A stretch of 64,000 nt of DNA. Source: Callorhinchus milii (lineage: Eukaryota). The DNA lies in assembly GCF_018977255.1 (NCBI RefSeq), contig NW_024704743.1, positions 75,890,001 through 75,954,000 on the forward strand, written 5' to 3'. Below the pieces are notes generated by a model. That model was not told the origin of the DNA. It was given only the letters and a program-made list of their open reading frames with translations, and searched no databases. The translations under genes and the position numbers were made by a program. Positions 51,701-64,000 of this stretch are shown here, one piece after another; position 1 is the stretch's first letter, and each line of letters opens with the position of its first letter.

Positions 51701-52904
51701 GCAGCCTATGTATTTTATTAAGTCTCTGGCGATATTCAGGGTTTGCAGGCACAAAGTGAATTCATACCAAGTCAATCCTCCTTCCTGAATATTCGTGCTT
51801 CTTGCAAATACAATGGGCATTAAGATAACATATCAAACTCCACTAAATCAGACTGCTAAGCAAGGCTTCCACCCCTCAGTTTGGGCAGGGAGTGCACTCA
51901 AGAGGGTACAATTTGAACGATGATTTAAATGTAACAAATCAGAAGAAATTCCTGACCTTTTAAATAAGAAAAAAACAAGAGCTTATCGTCAAATTAATTA
52001 AATGGATGACCTTTGTGGAAATAGCTTCAAGATGACAATTCTCAACTCCGAGAGCTTTGGAAACCTGCAAATTGTTTTATAATTGTGACTTAATGTACAC
52101 AAAGCTCAAAATTCATATTATATATTATTCAGAAAAATCTGCATATCATCCATTACATACATCTAGATACAACATCTCTGTATATAAATATATATAAACG
52201 CACAGTTTATCTAAACTCCACTTTACAATATATCCAGTGAAGCGCTTTGAGCCATCCACCCGACATGAAAGACGCTATATCAGATTTAAAGATTATTATT
52301 CTATGTATAAAACAGTTATGTCCATTCTTATCCATCCATCCATCTTTAGTATATTTATTGCCATGTATTTTACATTGTATATATTTTATTGGGCTGATTA
52401 TTCCAGAGATCAGCAGCTTATGTGTTTTTTTCTTCTGCAAGCCACGTATTCGTATATAAACACATATGTGACCAAATGTTCCTCCAGCATTGGATGTCAG
52501 ATGTACTTTATAGAGTGACTTTACAAATGAGTAGAATGTTGTTGGATTACTCGTGAATGGTACTGGCTGGCATATGGAAAGATGCTTCTTGATGTCGCAA
52601 GGCTTTTGTTTATTCCTGGGAGCCAAGGTTACTAATGTACAGTTGGGTTTTGCCCGTGATCTGCACAAAAGGCATCATATTGTCACAGAGATGATTTCTG
52701 CATCATTCATTTGAAATGGAAAATACAGCCTATTGCTGCTTATTTCCCCTGCACCTCCCATTCCACAATGTTTTACAAGCTGGTGGGCAGAGGCGAGAAC
52801 TGAATAGCATAAAGTGGAATAAAAGGATTCCATTCAAATCCCTCAAAATGTCTGCTTTGGCAATGGAAGAATATGAATTTACATTTCTGAAGAAAATTAT
52901 GTTG

Positions 52905-53545
52905 TCTTCAATGTGGAGAAATGTAAAGTGCTTCATGTGGGGACAAAGAATCCTGGAAGGGACTATTATTTGAACGGAAGGAAAATTATATATATGAAAA
53001 ATGAAAAGGACCTGGAGGATCTGATTGACAGTAAATTGAAGCTCTCTCAACAATGCTCTGTGGTAGTAAGTAAAGCAAACCAGATGTTGAGATGTATCAA
53101 AAGATCAATAGCAAGCTGAAATAGTGGGGTAATCCTGCCACTGTATAAATCAATGGTGAGACCGTACTTAGAGTACTGGGTATAGTTCTTGTCACAGCAG
53201 CACAAAAAGAATATTGGAGAAATCGAGAAGATACAGAGGAGGGCAACATAAGAACATAAGAACATAAGAATTAGGAGCAGGAGTAGGCCATTCGGCCCCT
53301 CATTTTAAACCAAAATGATAAAGGGAATGAAAGGACTGGACTATGAGAAGCGACTAAGTAAATTGGGCATGTTCACATTGGAAAAGAGAAGATTGACGGG
53401 CGACATGGTTACTGTCTTTCCCTCTCTCCCCTTTTTCAAGTCCCGCCTAAAAACATTCCTCTTCAACCGTGTTTATGGACAAGATGAACTTAATGGGACT
53501 TAGTCTTTTATCGTCTAGCATTTCTTATGTTCTTATGTTCTATGC
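52905..53545 (+). mobile_element. CR1 ORF2 3' fragment with nested antisense CR1 tail (~53248-53303)
   Basis: KCKVLHVG...KANQMLRCIKRSI; MIKGMKGLDYEKRLSKLGMFTLEKRRLTGDM; TTTCTTATGTTCTTATG tail. Confidence 0.85.
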
Positions 53546-54382
53546 CTTGGGAAAAAAAGAAAGGCATTTAATTCTCCCCTCAATTTCTCTCCAACACTTT
53601 TCTCCTCATGCCTCAGTCTCCATGGATTATTATTATTATAACTACTAGGAGGTAGCACACCACTTTCCGGGGTTCCAGGCACCCCCAGTAGCTGTTCTTG
53701 CTCACTGTTCCCCTCCCCCCCCATTTTTCTATGCACGAGCATGAATGTTTTAACTGCTACATAACCACAGAAACTCTTCTCCAAAACACCACAATTTCAT
53801 GATGTGAGTGGCCCTTTAAGGTGGACAAGCCAGCAAATTCAGGAAAGGCCTAAAGAAATGCAATGACTCAACCATGTACAACATACAAAAAAGCCTCTCC
53901 GTGCTCTACGGAAGTGCCGTTGGCCAGGTGAGGTGTTTTCAGCCAGCGTTGATATTTGATGCTGCTTTCCAGAATAATGACTTAACTGAATAATATCCCA
54001 TACAACGGCAGCTAAGACTCCATTTACTTCAGGGTCAATATTTCAAATGAAGCAGATGTAAAGCTGACTCGGAGCCCTGCCACATTGGTATACTGGCTAG
54101 GCAGGAGAAGGTCCGCCCAGGTGCTGTCCACCCTGCTCGATGGCTATTAGAAGGACTAACCGGCCATCCTTCTCATTCCTATGCCACTCCCAACACTTGT
54201 ACCTAAATTAAAGACCAAAGGGTCAGATTATTTACACAAATGATGGAGAGAATGTGGAATTTGCAACAATAAGCTATAGGTGCAATATTTGCAGAAGTTT
54301 TAATCCATTTCTTTACCAATGGAATGTTTGGTAACTTGATGTATTAACCTGACTATTATTACTATAACTGATTATTATTAAA

Positions 54383-54815
54383 ACTGGCTCAGTTGGTAGC
54401 ACTCTCACCTCTGAGCAGATGTTTGTGGGTTCATGACCAATATTAGAACTTGGAACCCATATTGTCTGGGTTCTGACACGCCAGTGCAATGCTGGCAGTG
54501 TCTGCATTGTCGTAGGTGCCTTCCTTCTGATAAAAAGAGGTCCCATCTACCTGTCCTGATGCTAAAGATCCCATGACACTATTCAAAAAGAGTAGGTGTC
54601 TTGGCCACCAATCCCCAAATAAAATTGGTCACTCGCTTTATGACTGTCTGTGGGACATCGCTGTGTGCAAATGTTTGTGGGATCTTGGCTGCCGTGTTTA
54701 CCCACCAAACACCCAGTCATTTTACAATACCATTTTACAATATATCCTGTAAATCACTTTGAGACATCAATTACATGATAAGGTTCTACATCAGGAGTAG
54801 GGATTATTATCATTT
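54383..54815 (+). mobile_element. Near full-length older Deu SINE (SacSINE1-like head CTGGCTCAGTTGGTAGCACTCTCACCTCTGAG)
   Basis: tRNA-like head, full Deu body and tail; the same head occurs at ~58597 and reversed at ~63280. Confidence 0.75.
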
Positions 54816-54960
54816 ATAATTATTTATTTATAATTATTTATATTTATAATTTATAATTATTATTATTTCAAAGTGATGAAAATGTTTCAAACGCCTGGAT
54901 TTTATTATTATTTATTATTATTTATTTATTATTATTGTCTCTTATTAAAAATTATTAAAA
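54810..54960. repeat. AT-rich low-complexity (TTA/TTTA) tract
   Basis: Directly visible; probably an expanded SINE tail. Confidence 0.7.
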
Positions 54961-54961
54961 A

Positions 54962-55165
54962 GCCTGATAATAATCCCTAAAAAAAAAAAAAAATTGGTCA
55001 TTTCAATCCACGACTGTTTGTGGGACACTGCTGTGCGCAATTGGCTGCCACATTTCGTCCACAAATATACAGTCAATTCACTTTACAGAATATTCTGTGA
55101 AGCTCTTTGAGACATCTAGAAGACGTGAAAAGCGCTATATCAAATGCAAGGATTATTATTATTAT
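54962..55165 (+). mobile_element. 5'-truncated short-subfamily SINE
   Basis: Begins at GCCTGATAATAATCCC; Deu part, hairpin, (ATT)n tail. Confidence 0.85.
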
Positions 55166-56382
55166 AACTACTAGGAGGTGACACACCACTCTCCAGGTCA
55201 GTGGTTTATTCATTTTTGGGTACGTTTTTGGGCCTACATCACTCTCCATATTTTGTTATGTTTTGTTGATTACTGATTTCCCAACATTAATGGGCTGAGG
55301 ATGGCCGAAATCCATGCTCTTCTGCATCACCAAAATAACTTCTAGCAATCACCCTGAGGGATTTGAAAGTGTTTTATGCTTTCTCTGTTGGCCTGTACAT
55401 TTATTGACCTTGATGGCATGAATCTGAATACTGGCAGCAGTGTTCCTCTCACCATCAAACACATTAATAGGAGAAAATTAGAATGCAAATGTATCTGGAC
55501 ATTGATGGGGTGAAATTCCACCTGGTCTTAGATTTACTGTATTAATGGAACAATTTATAGAGTCTGGAACTTGGCAAATTCTTCAACATTCTTCATTACA
55601 GTCTCAATTTTGAAGCCAGTTTTCAGTAAATTGCTTCAAGAATGACAGAAAACAGACTGACAATTTGCATGGGAGCATTGCCACCATTTGACTATTTGCC
55701 AAATCCTTGGTGCTCCAAATGCTCTGTCAATAGAGTAAATATAGATCTCTGAGGTGTCTCTTTTCAAGATTGAAGAGCATTGCTTGTCTAATCATTGCTC
55801 ATAACTCATTTCTCCAAAACTGGTGTCTTTATCGTTGCCCTCGGCGGGCATGTCTATTTGTCAAAGTCCCTCATATGAGGGCTGGATTAAGCAGCTGATG
55901 CAGAGTAAACCTGCTGTGCAACATTTGATTTGGACCTCGAGAATACCAAGGTGGCTGGCAGGTCACCAGCTGTAAATTTCCTCCCACTATGCTGAAGCCA
56001 GAAGTCCATTGAATCACAGCTAAAAAGAAACATAAAGGGTTGGGACAACAGCTGCTGAAATCATTACAATGCACTACAATTTACATTTATATAGCACCTT
56101 ACATGCTGTGAGGTCATCTCAAAACATTTGACACTGCTGGCTAGGCACCTGAAATGGGCATGGGCCCACAAATATATAGTCAATTCACTTTACAGTGTGT
56201 TCTGTGAAGTGCTTTGGGACGTCCTCCCGACGTGAAAAGCGCTATATCAAATGCAAGGATTATTATTATTATAAAGGGGGTGGGTAGAGAAAAGATGGTA
56301 ATCTGCCTTCACCATGGTGGGAGGACCTGTACAGCGCAGTTTCTGATATGCCAGCTACGTTGAAGCTCTTGAGATCTAAGTT

Positions 56383-56705
56383 GGAGTCCTGTAGCTCAGT
56401 GGTTAGAGCACTCGCTTTGCAAGTGAGAGACCTGAGTTCAATTCCAGGCAGGGCGAAACCTTGGGCAAGTTTCCTTACTCCACACGCCTAATAATAATCC
56501 CTCCAAAACAAAAACAATAATAAATTGGTCATTTTCAATCTACGACTGTTTGTGGGACATTGCTGTGCGCAATTGGCTGCCGCGTTCGCCCACAAATATA
56601 CAGTCAATTCACTTTACAGTCTATTCTGTGAAGCGCTTTGGGACGTCCTCCCGACGTGAAAAGCGCTATATCAAATGCAAGGATTATTATTATTATTATT
56701 ATTAT
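56383..56705 (+). mobile_element. Young full-length SINE (short subfamily), CpG-intact; truncated sister copy at ~56163-56272
   Basis: GGAGTCCTGTAGCTCAGTGGTTAGAGCACTCGCTTTGCAAGTGAGAGACCTGAGTTCAATTCC head through (ATT)n; TAAGT on both flanks (possible TSD). Confidence 0.93.
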
Positions 56706-57231
56706 AAGTGAATGGCACAATCCACACTTACTCGGCACTAGCTGCTTGATCCAGGTCTTCATGCAAGAGACTTTGATAAATATATATGTCTACCGAGGTT
56801 AGTTACCTGGAGTCCGGGTTTGTGAATACCACATTCATATATCCAATGATTGAAATTCACCTTGAGTGGTTAGCAAAGAGGTAAGCAGCTTTCGCTGAAG
56901 CTCTGCACCTCTAATTCGTGGAACCATCAAACAATGGGTAGGAATGTGTGTCAGTACGATGGTGGCAATGCTCTCATGCATTTCATGCTGAGTTGTGCTG
57001 CTCAGCAGGAAGCTCACAGGGAGTTCCTTGTACCTGCCATCCACCTGGAGAGGGCTCAAACCCGCACTTGTTGGATGTCAAATGACCAACTAATGACTCC
57101 AGGGGTGAGGTGGTGAGAGTAAAGCTGAACTGGCTCCAAGGTGACATGCTTGGCAACAGAATATGGGAATCAAGCCATCCCTCTGTGGTGGTCTCAATAA
57201 TATGAATCCTTAGACAGGCAAGTCTGCAGGA

Positions 57232-57486
57232 GTCCAGGGCACTGTTGATGACTAACCATAATCATCGAAAGAGCTCAAATGTTTTAGAATAATTGACATT
57301 AATTGTAGTGATGGTATACATTTGTAGGTGTAAACGGCAGCCAATTTGCACATAGCATTTTCAAGAGATGCCAGCAGATGAATGACCAATTAATCTGGAG
57401 GATTCTTGGCCAGGACACTGTGAGATAGCCACCCACTCTGCTCAAATATTGCCATGGGACCCCCAGTACCCATCAGAATAGGTAGA
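57232..57486 (-). repeat. Right arm of the ~255-bp inverted duplication (partner 46603-46856)
   Basis: See left arm. Here the sequence sits within a longer Deu SINE (to ~57580) and the unclassified repeat (from ~57015). Confidence 0.9.
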
Positions 57487-59862
57487 CAGGACCTCATCTT
57501 AAAAAATCATCCAAAGGATGGCATCTCTGACAATGCATTGGTCCCTGAACACTGCCTTAGACTGTGAGCCTAGACCATGAGCTGGGGGGATTAGATAGAG
57601 AGAAAGTATCAACAAGAAACACAGTGTAAGATAATCTTTGGTGCAGGATTTGAATCTTCAAAATCGAAAGCTGCTAACAAGTCTTTGAATTAGTGACATA
57701 ACAAAAGGAGGCAGGACCAGTTGGGAACATTGGTATTGATTGACAGCCATCCTTAAAATTACAAACCAATTTGAAGAACACTAAAGTATGAACAGGTACA
57801 ATTTATGCCCTTAGATGTGCTAAAATTGCACCATTTTAAGATATCCCTTTGTTCGTTTTGAAATCTAACAGGCATGGCAGTAATTGGAATCAGACTATAA
57901 TGCAGGGCTTTCATTCCAAAGAATAAATTGTATAAGTGCTTCCAAAACTAAAAAAAAAACATGAGATGAGAAACAGTCATTTGTTCCATCAATAACTTCA
58001 CACATAGGAATATGCCTTGAAGTGCTTTGCAGGGAAAGTGTGGGCACCAAACTAACTGGGGGGAAATGGGAGAGGCGAGGAGGAGGAAAATAATTGAAAA
58101 CAAATTCAAAGAGATGGATTTTAAGAGGGTTTTCTGAAACAGAGAGACTGCAGGGTGGAGGGAGTGAGCATAAGATTGGGGTTGGATGATATAACAGAGT
58201 TTGGATGATGTAAGTCATAGTGGGTTTTGAAGGTCAGGATATGGTTCTTGAGCATACAGGGATAGGAATCTATGGAAGCATAGGAGACATAGTGAAACCG
58301 TTGGGACAGGTAGGTATAGCTCACTTTTTCCACAAACAATGCAAGACCTGCCCTCCCATTTCAACTCACTCTGTGTCCTGGAGAAATGAGCTGCATAGAT
58401 ACCCCTTGATCTCAAAAGGTAATGAAACAAAAACTCCAGAATATTCATCAGTCCTCACATTTTCACTATTCAGAGAAACCTATCTTCCTTTCATAGAACT
58501 TCTTATTCCCCCAAACCAAGTCCCAGCAGCAAAGAAGTCACTGTATTCCATGGAATACTTGATCAAATCAGTCCACATTCAACTCTTTGCATGTCAGCCT
58601 GGCTCAGTTGGTAGCACTCTCATCTCTAAGCCAGAAGGAGCTCTGAGCTTGTGGATTCAAACCCCACTTAAAATTCACATAGTCTAGGTTGACACTCCAA
58701 CACAAAGCTGCGAATGCATTGCATTGTCGGAATCCTGTCCTTTGGTTGAGGTCCTGCTTGTTCAGGTGGAAGTTAAAGTTCCCATGGCACTACTCGAAAA
58801 GAGAAGGCAGTTTCTTCTGTGAGAATCCATGACAAGGTAAATATATTCGACCTGTGATAGGAGTGGACTTGATACACTGAATGGTCTCCTTGTACCCAAC
58901 ACTTTTCTTTACTCTTATGACATCCTCCACAGAGACAACGCAATGGGGTCACCTATTGCATTACATATTATCAGCAGATTGCCGGGATCAGCAACTGATT
59001 TGGGCACAGCACGGCAATAATCTATATTACAACCACTGATCTTACTGTTGACAACAAGAACAACAAAATTACATTTGTATAGCGCCTTTCACGTCGGGAG
59101 GACGTCCCAAAGCGCTGACTTGGGAAATTGACAAATGCTGACTGTAAATATTCCAACCATTAGTAGAAGCAATGGTCTTAAAACCTTTACACCAAAGTGC
59201 AAAATGAAAGCATCAGTTGCTTCTTTCAAAAGTCAATATATGTAGTTCCTTCAAGTGCTTAAAAATATCAGCAGTTTTGATGACAGAAATGTTCCTTGTG
59301 TGTGTTCTGACATTTGAACAGTTTCTGATGGGGATGACCTGTGGCACACTGCAATGCCAGCTGGTTAGCAACCATTGACCTATGCATTGATGCAAAAAAG
59401 ATACGGCTCACAGTGAACTTACAGCTTATTTATTCAGATACGGATAAGATATGGATCAGATATGGATATGAAATAGGGGATAGTCGCCACCCAGATACTG
59501 ATTATGGAGCCTGTTTCATACACTTGAAACATTCAGGGCCTTTTTAAATTGAAAAAAACTAGATGAAGAGCCCAGAATAGAGGACACCAACATGACTGAA
59601 AAAAGGAGTTAATAATGGAGTTTGTATCATATCATAGAATGGTAAAAATGACATAAATTACAGCTTAATAATAAATACATGTTTAATTATACTTTGTTAT
59701 GTACAATATATTTATAATGGAATACTTATACACTCATTGAACCTTACTGGGCCTAAGGAGCATTTTATCTAAGAGCAGAAAGTGGACACGTTGAAAATGT
59801 CACAGACAAGAAAGATCAAGTCTGTATACTAGGGATAATAATAGTAATACTGGTAATAATCG

Positions 59863-60106
59863 TAATAATATTCCTTGCATTTGATATAGCGCTTTATCAC
59901 GTCATTGAGGCGTCTCAAAGAATTTCACAGAATATATTATAAAGTGAATTGACTGTATTTTGTGGGCGAAACACCATAGTGTCCAATTGAGTGACCAAAT
60001 TTTTATTTTTTGGGGAGAGATTATTACCCCCGAAAGCGATCTGCCGATCAACTCACAATCGGTTCCTACTTACACCTAGGTAAACAGATGCGTGTGGATG
60101 AAAGGA
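59863..60106 (-). mobile_element. Long-subfamily SINE, partial
   Basis: GATTATTACCCCCGAAAGCGATCTGCCGATCAACTCACAATCGGTTCCTACTTAC...GGTAAACAGA. Confidence 0.75.
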
Positions 60107-60235
60107 ACCCCTCAATAAACATTGACTTTCGTGGTGTATGTGACTACTTTCATTTTGTAGCTCCATTACTCCAGGTTGACATCGCAGTCTTACTGCTCAG
60201 CTGAGTTCAGACATGGGGATGGGGTGTGGGAATTT

Positions 60236-60732
60236 TAATAATAATAATCATTGCATTTGATATAGCGTTTTTCACGTCTTCTAGATGTCTCAAAGCGCTT
60301 CACAGAATATACTGTAAAGTGAATTGCCTGTATATTTCTGGGCGAAACTCAGCAGCCAATTGCACACAGCAGTGTCCCACAAACAGTCCATCTCTGGCAA
60401 TTTTGTCCATCTCTGGCATTTATATAATAATAATCCTTGCATTTAATATAGCGCTTTTCACGTCTTCTCGACGTCTCAAAGCGCTTCACAGAATAGACTG
60501 TAAAGTGACGGTACATTTGTGGGCGAAAAGCAGCAGCCAATTGAGCACAGCAGTGTCCCACAAACAGTCATAGATTAAAAATGACCAATTTATTATTGTT
60601 TTTGTTTTTTGGAGGGAATATTATTAGGCGTGTGGAGTAAGGAAACTTGCCCAAAGTTTCACCCTGCCTGGAATTGAACCCAGGTGTCTTGCTTGCAAGG
60701 CGAGTGCTCTAACCATTGAACTACACGACTCC
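60236..60732 (-). mobile_element. Tandem SINEs: truncated copy (~60236-60388) plus full-length copy (60424-60732)
   Basis: Two tails and two Deu parts with one tRNA head; spacer carries a duplicated GTCCATCTCTGGCA. Confidence 0.88.
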
Positions 60733-62198
60733 ACTAATTTATTGTTGCAATAAATTGGGAGGATAAAAACTTAAAGGAATCATCTAAAATTATATATATT
60801 CCCTCCAATGCAGCTAAAACCCTCATTCAGACCTTCAACAACTCCAGGCTTATTTTCTCCAATGCTCTCATTATTGGTCTTCCTCGCTCAGTCCTCTGTA
60901 AACTCCAGCTTATCCAGAACCTTTCTACTAAATCATTAGAAACACTCCCAAAACTTCAGCTATACATGGTACATCATCTTAACAGGTGCTACATATTAAG
61001 CTTAATATGTGACCATTAGGATTTGTAAATAAGGAGGGACATTTGGCATCACGTTCAGTGTGTGGAAGAGCTGAATTAGATTCTAACATTTATAAAATGT
61101 ACCAGCATAACAGGTGTGTATCAGCGTGTGTAAATTCAGCTCAAGATGCTCTGTGTGTGTGTGTATGGTGTGTGTGTCATTTCAATTGTGCAGAACTCCA
61201 CTTGACCTGGGTACAGATGAACACAACTCAGTGCCGTCAAGTCAGTCTGCCCCTAAACTGGTTACAGGTGTTAAATCAGTTAAACCACCATAAATCATAA
61301 AGACAATAACAACAAACATTTATGTAGTATTCGACAAGTAGGATAATGTCTCAGAGAGCTCACAATGATGGGGTTGGACAATGAACAAGAGGGAGAGGAG
61401 ATGCGGAGGTCACCATAGGCATAGTCAAACAGGTAGGTCTTTTAGGTGGGGTTTAAATAATACCACCTAAATTTAATGCAACGTTAAAATAGGCATAAGA
61501 ATGATGTTTTGGGTCATTGTATACAAAGCAGAAAAATAATGGGGGGAGGGGTTGGGAGAGGTACCAAATTAAAGTCACTTCCTCCCGACGTGAAAGGCAC
61601 TCTATAAATTTAATTTTGTTGTTGTTGTTGCTGTTAAGTCTTGTTTTGTTTCTCTGTACCTGAGATTGACTGTGAAAGGACTCTGTGGATGGAGGAAAAT
61701 AGTAAGCAGAGGTGTCAGAAGTTTTGTGACTGCAGTTGCTGTAGATCTGAAGTGACAGCTCCACAATAAAGTCACTCTGTGTATTAAAGGCCCTGAGCAC
61801 ATGCCTTCATCTCACTTAATAATCCTTGCATTTCATATAGCGCTTCTCACATCTTCTAGACGTCTCAAAGCGCTTCACAGAATACACTGTAAAGTGAATT
61901 GACTGTATATTTGTGGGCAAAACGTAAATGTAAAGTAAAATGTTACTTACTAATGTGGGTGGGTCAAAGACAGCAGTTCAAAAATCACAAGATTATGTTT
62001 CTTTTTAAAATACATATCAGCGAATTCAAAATAAGCCAAACAGAAATGGCTCTCCCAACATTAAAGAGGAAATCAAACGAAAGCAACGCCTTTCAGCTCA
62101 GGTGCACTTTACATTTTCTTTTCCTGCCTAATGTATTGAGTAGACTGTCAGAGGCATTGTGTCACTTGGATGGTAGAGACAGTGAATCAACAGTGGAT

Positions 62199-62860
62199 AA
62201 CAACAACAACAACAAGATTACATTTGTATAACGCCTTTCACGTTGGGAGGACGTCCCAAGGCACTGGACAGTGTACAGCGTTTCAGACCTGAGCTGGGGT
62301 TGGGGGGGGGAGGGGAGGGTGACCGATGGCATGGTCGAAGAGGAGTGTTTTTAGGCGGGACTTGAAGGAGGTTCAGGAGGGGGCGAGGCGGAGAGACTGG
62401 GGGTGAAATTCCAGAGGTTGGGAGCAGAGTGGCTGAAGGCTCTCCTGCCAATGGTGGGGCGGGTGGGTCGGGGGACGTAGAGCAAGCCAGAGCCGGCTGA
62501 GTGGAGGGAGTGGGTGGGTTGGTAGGGGTTAGGAGGTCGCAGAGGTAGGGTGGGGCGAGGCCATGGAGGGCTTTGTAGGTGAGGACCAGGATCTTGAACT
62601 GGATCCTCTGAAGGATAGGGAGCCAGTGGGGTCGGGCGAGAGTGGAGGAGATGGGATCACAGAGTTTGGTGCGGGAGAGGACACGGGCTGCAGAGTTCTG
62701 GATTATCTGCAGCCTGTGGAGGGAGGAGTTGGGAAGGCTGACAAGCAGGACATTTGCATAGTCAAGCCTGGAGGTGATGAAGGCATGAACAAGAGTTTCA
62801 GTGGCCTGAGGGGTGAGGTAGTAGCAGAGTCGGGTGATGTTACGAAAGTGAGGGAAGGGA
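62199..62860 (-). mobile_element. L2 3' ~0.65 kb
   Basis: GC-rich, little-diverged L2 ORF2 end (TSRLDYANVLLVSLP..TLHRLQIIQNSAARVLS in reverse complement) with (AAC)n tail. Confidence 0.88.
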
Positions 62861-62871
62861 TAACGGTGGTC

Positions 62872-63285
62872 ATTATAATAATAACTCTTACATTTGATAA
62901 CCTTTCACGCCGCAAAGTGCTTCACAGGGTTCTCTGTAAAGTGAGGTGACTGTGTGTTCTGCCCATAAATAAGCCAATTGTGCACAGCAATATCCCATAG
63001 ACAATCTTGAAGTGGATGATCTATTTTATCTCGGGGATTGCTGGCCTGAGAAATTCACTTCTCTTGTTGAATAGCATCATGAGATCTATAATGTCTACCT
63101 GAACAGGCACATGGACCTTAGCTTAACATCTCATCCGAATAATGACACTTCTAACATTGCAATGCCTCAGCATCCTACAGGAGTGTCAGCCTAGACTACG
63201 TGAGTTCAAACTCATGATGTGAGGTTTGAACCCACAACCTTCTGATGCAAAGGCAAAAGTACAACTGACTGAGCCAGGCTGATAC
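62872..63285 (-). mobile_element. Full-length older Deu SINE
   Basis: Tail, Deu body, GGTTTGAACCCACAACCTTCTGA (reverse B box) and CTGAGCCAGGCTGA head. Confidence 0.78.
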
Positions 63286-63469
63286 CTACAGCAACTGAGA
63301 GCTTTTCTGCTCACCTTAGTGCACTAAATCGCATGAAAGCTGAATATGAGGATGGACAGGAGATAGTAAACAAATGAAATGATCACTCCTAGGAGATTTT
63401 CCCAGAGAAACTTTGAAAATACACCATCTGGAATTCAACACACCTAATGCAAATCCTGCGACCTTGACA

Positions 63470-63790
63470 ATAGCTAGGAGAGATTCTGTATAAACTCAAG
63501 GGGCTGACATTTAATAAATCCTCCAGGACAGACAGGTGACACATTCCCCAAGGGTACTTAGCGAGCAAAGGAGGAGATTTGTGAAGTACTGACAGACATT
63601 ATGGGGCCGTCAAATCAACACTGGAGAGGTTCCAACAGATTGGAAACAAGTAAACATGGTTCCCACATTCAAGAAAGATCGTTGATTGTTCCTGAAATCT
63701 ACACACCCATATCCCTGACCTCAATAACTAGAAAACGAATGGAATCAATATTAGAAGCAAATGGAAGGTTACCTTTATGAAAATAACCCA
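63470..63790 (+). mobile_element. Degraded CR1 RT-region fragment
   Basis: TGEVPTDWKQVNMVPTFKK...NLHTHISLTSI.RKRMESI-like translation with frameshifts. Confidence 0.65.
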
Positions 63791-64000
63791 ACAACCAAGT
63801 TGATTAGCCCATAGACGATCATTATCTGGGCTTACCACAGAAGAATAGATGATTTTGTGAAATACCAGAGATTATAACAGTTCTATGACTCAGCATTTGT
63901 CAGAAACTTAAATAGAAGATGTAAAAGAAGCCTGAAGAGCAATATTTCACACGTTTCAATCACATTACTAAAGCGTTGGTCATAGTTACTGAATCTCTCA

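Noticed and set aside
56383..56455. tRNA-Ala(TGC)-like sequence (also at 14052, 954, 42047 and reversed at 493 and 60732)
   Set aside because: It is the SINE head: no complete acceptor stem, and always followed by the SINE body and tail.

Overview
Eukaryotic (vertebrate) genomic DNA, most likely from a cartilaginous fish. The dominant tRNA-head/Deu-domain SINE with (ATT)n tails, plus L2 and CR1 LINE debris, resembles holocephalan (elephant shark/chimaera) repeats; the species is inferred, not proven. The window holds the 5' end of one minus-strand gene, a Ca2+/calmodulin-dependent phosphodiesterase 1, most likely PDE1C (long N-terminal isoform). Its three small coding exons (51296-51380, 15557-15607, 6953-7124; 85/51/172 bp, all GT-AG, phases 1/1/2) splice to MTEPNSRKQGFKKCRSATFSIDGFSFTIVANEKTERNARSHATVARSKSQTSLWHTGMGVEGKNEKGKEKAGIVIDPQNPEEILAEELPPADGADAMEKAAIR. 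The ORF track misses all three; the rest of the gene lies left of the window. The remainder is intron or upstream DNA filled with SINEs, L2/CR1 fragments, MITE-like elements, an unclassified ~500-bp repeat family and a 38-bp minisatellite. Best leads: two candidate alternative phase-1 first exons in intron 1; a ~91%-identical inverted duplication of a chimeric repeat junction bracketing exon 1; a composite CORE-like + Deu SINE whose 3' hairpin matches the L2 tail; nested insertions; and CTCF and RFX/CRE motifs. No prokaryote-type system (CRISPR, operon) is supported. Repeat boundaries are by eye and approximate.
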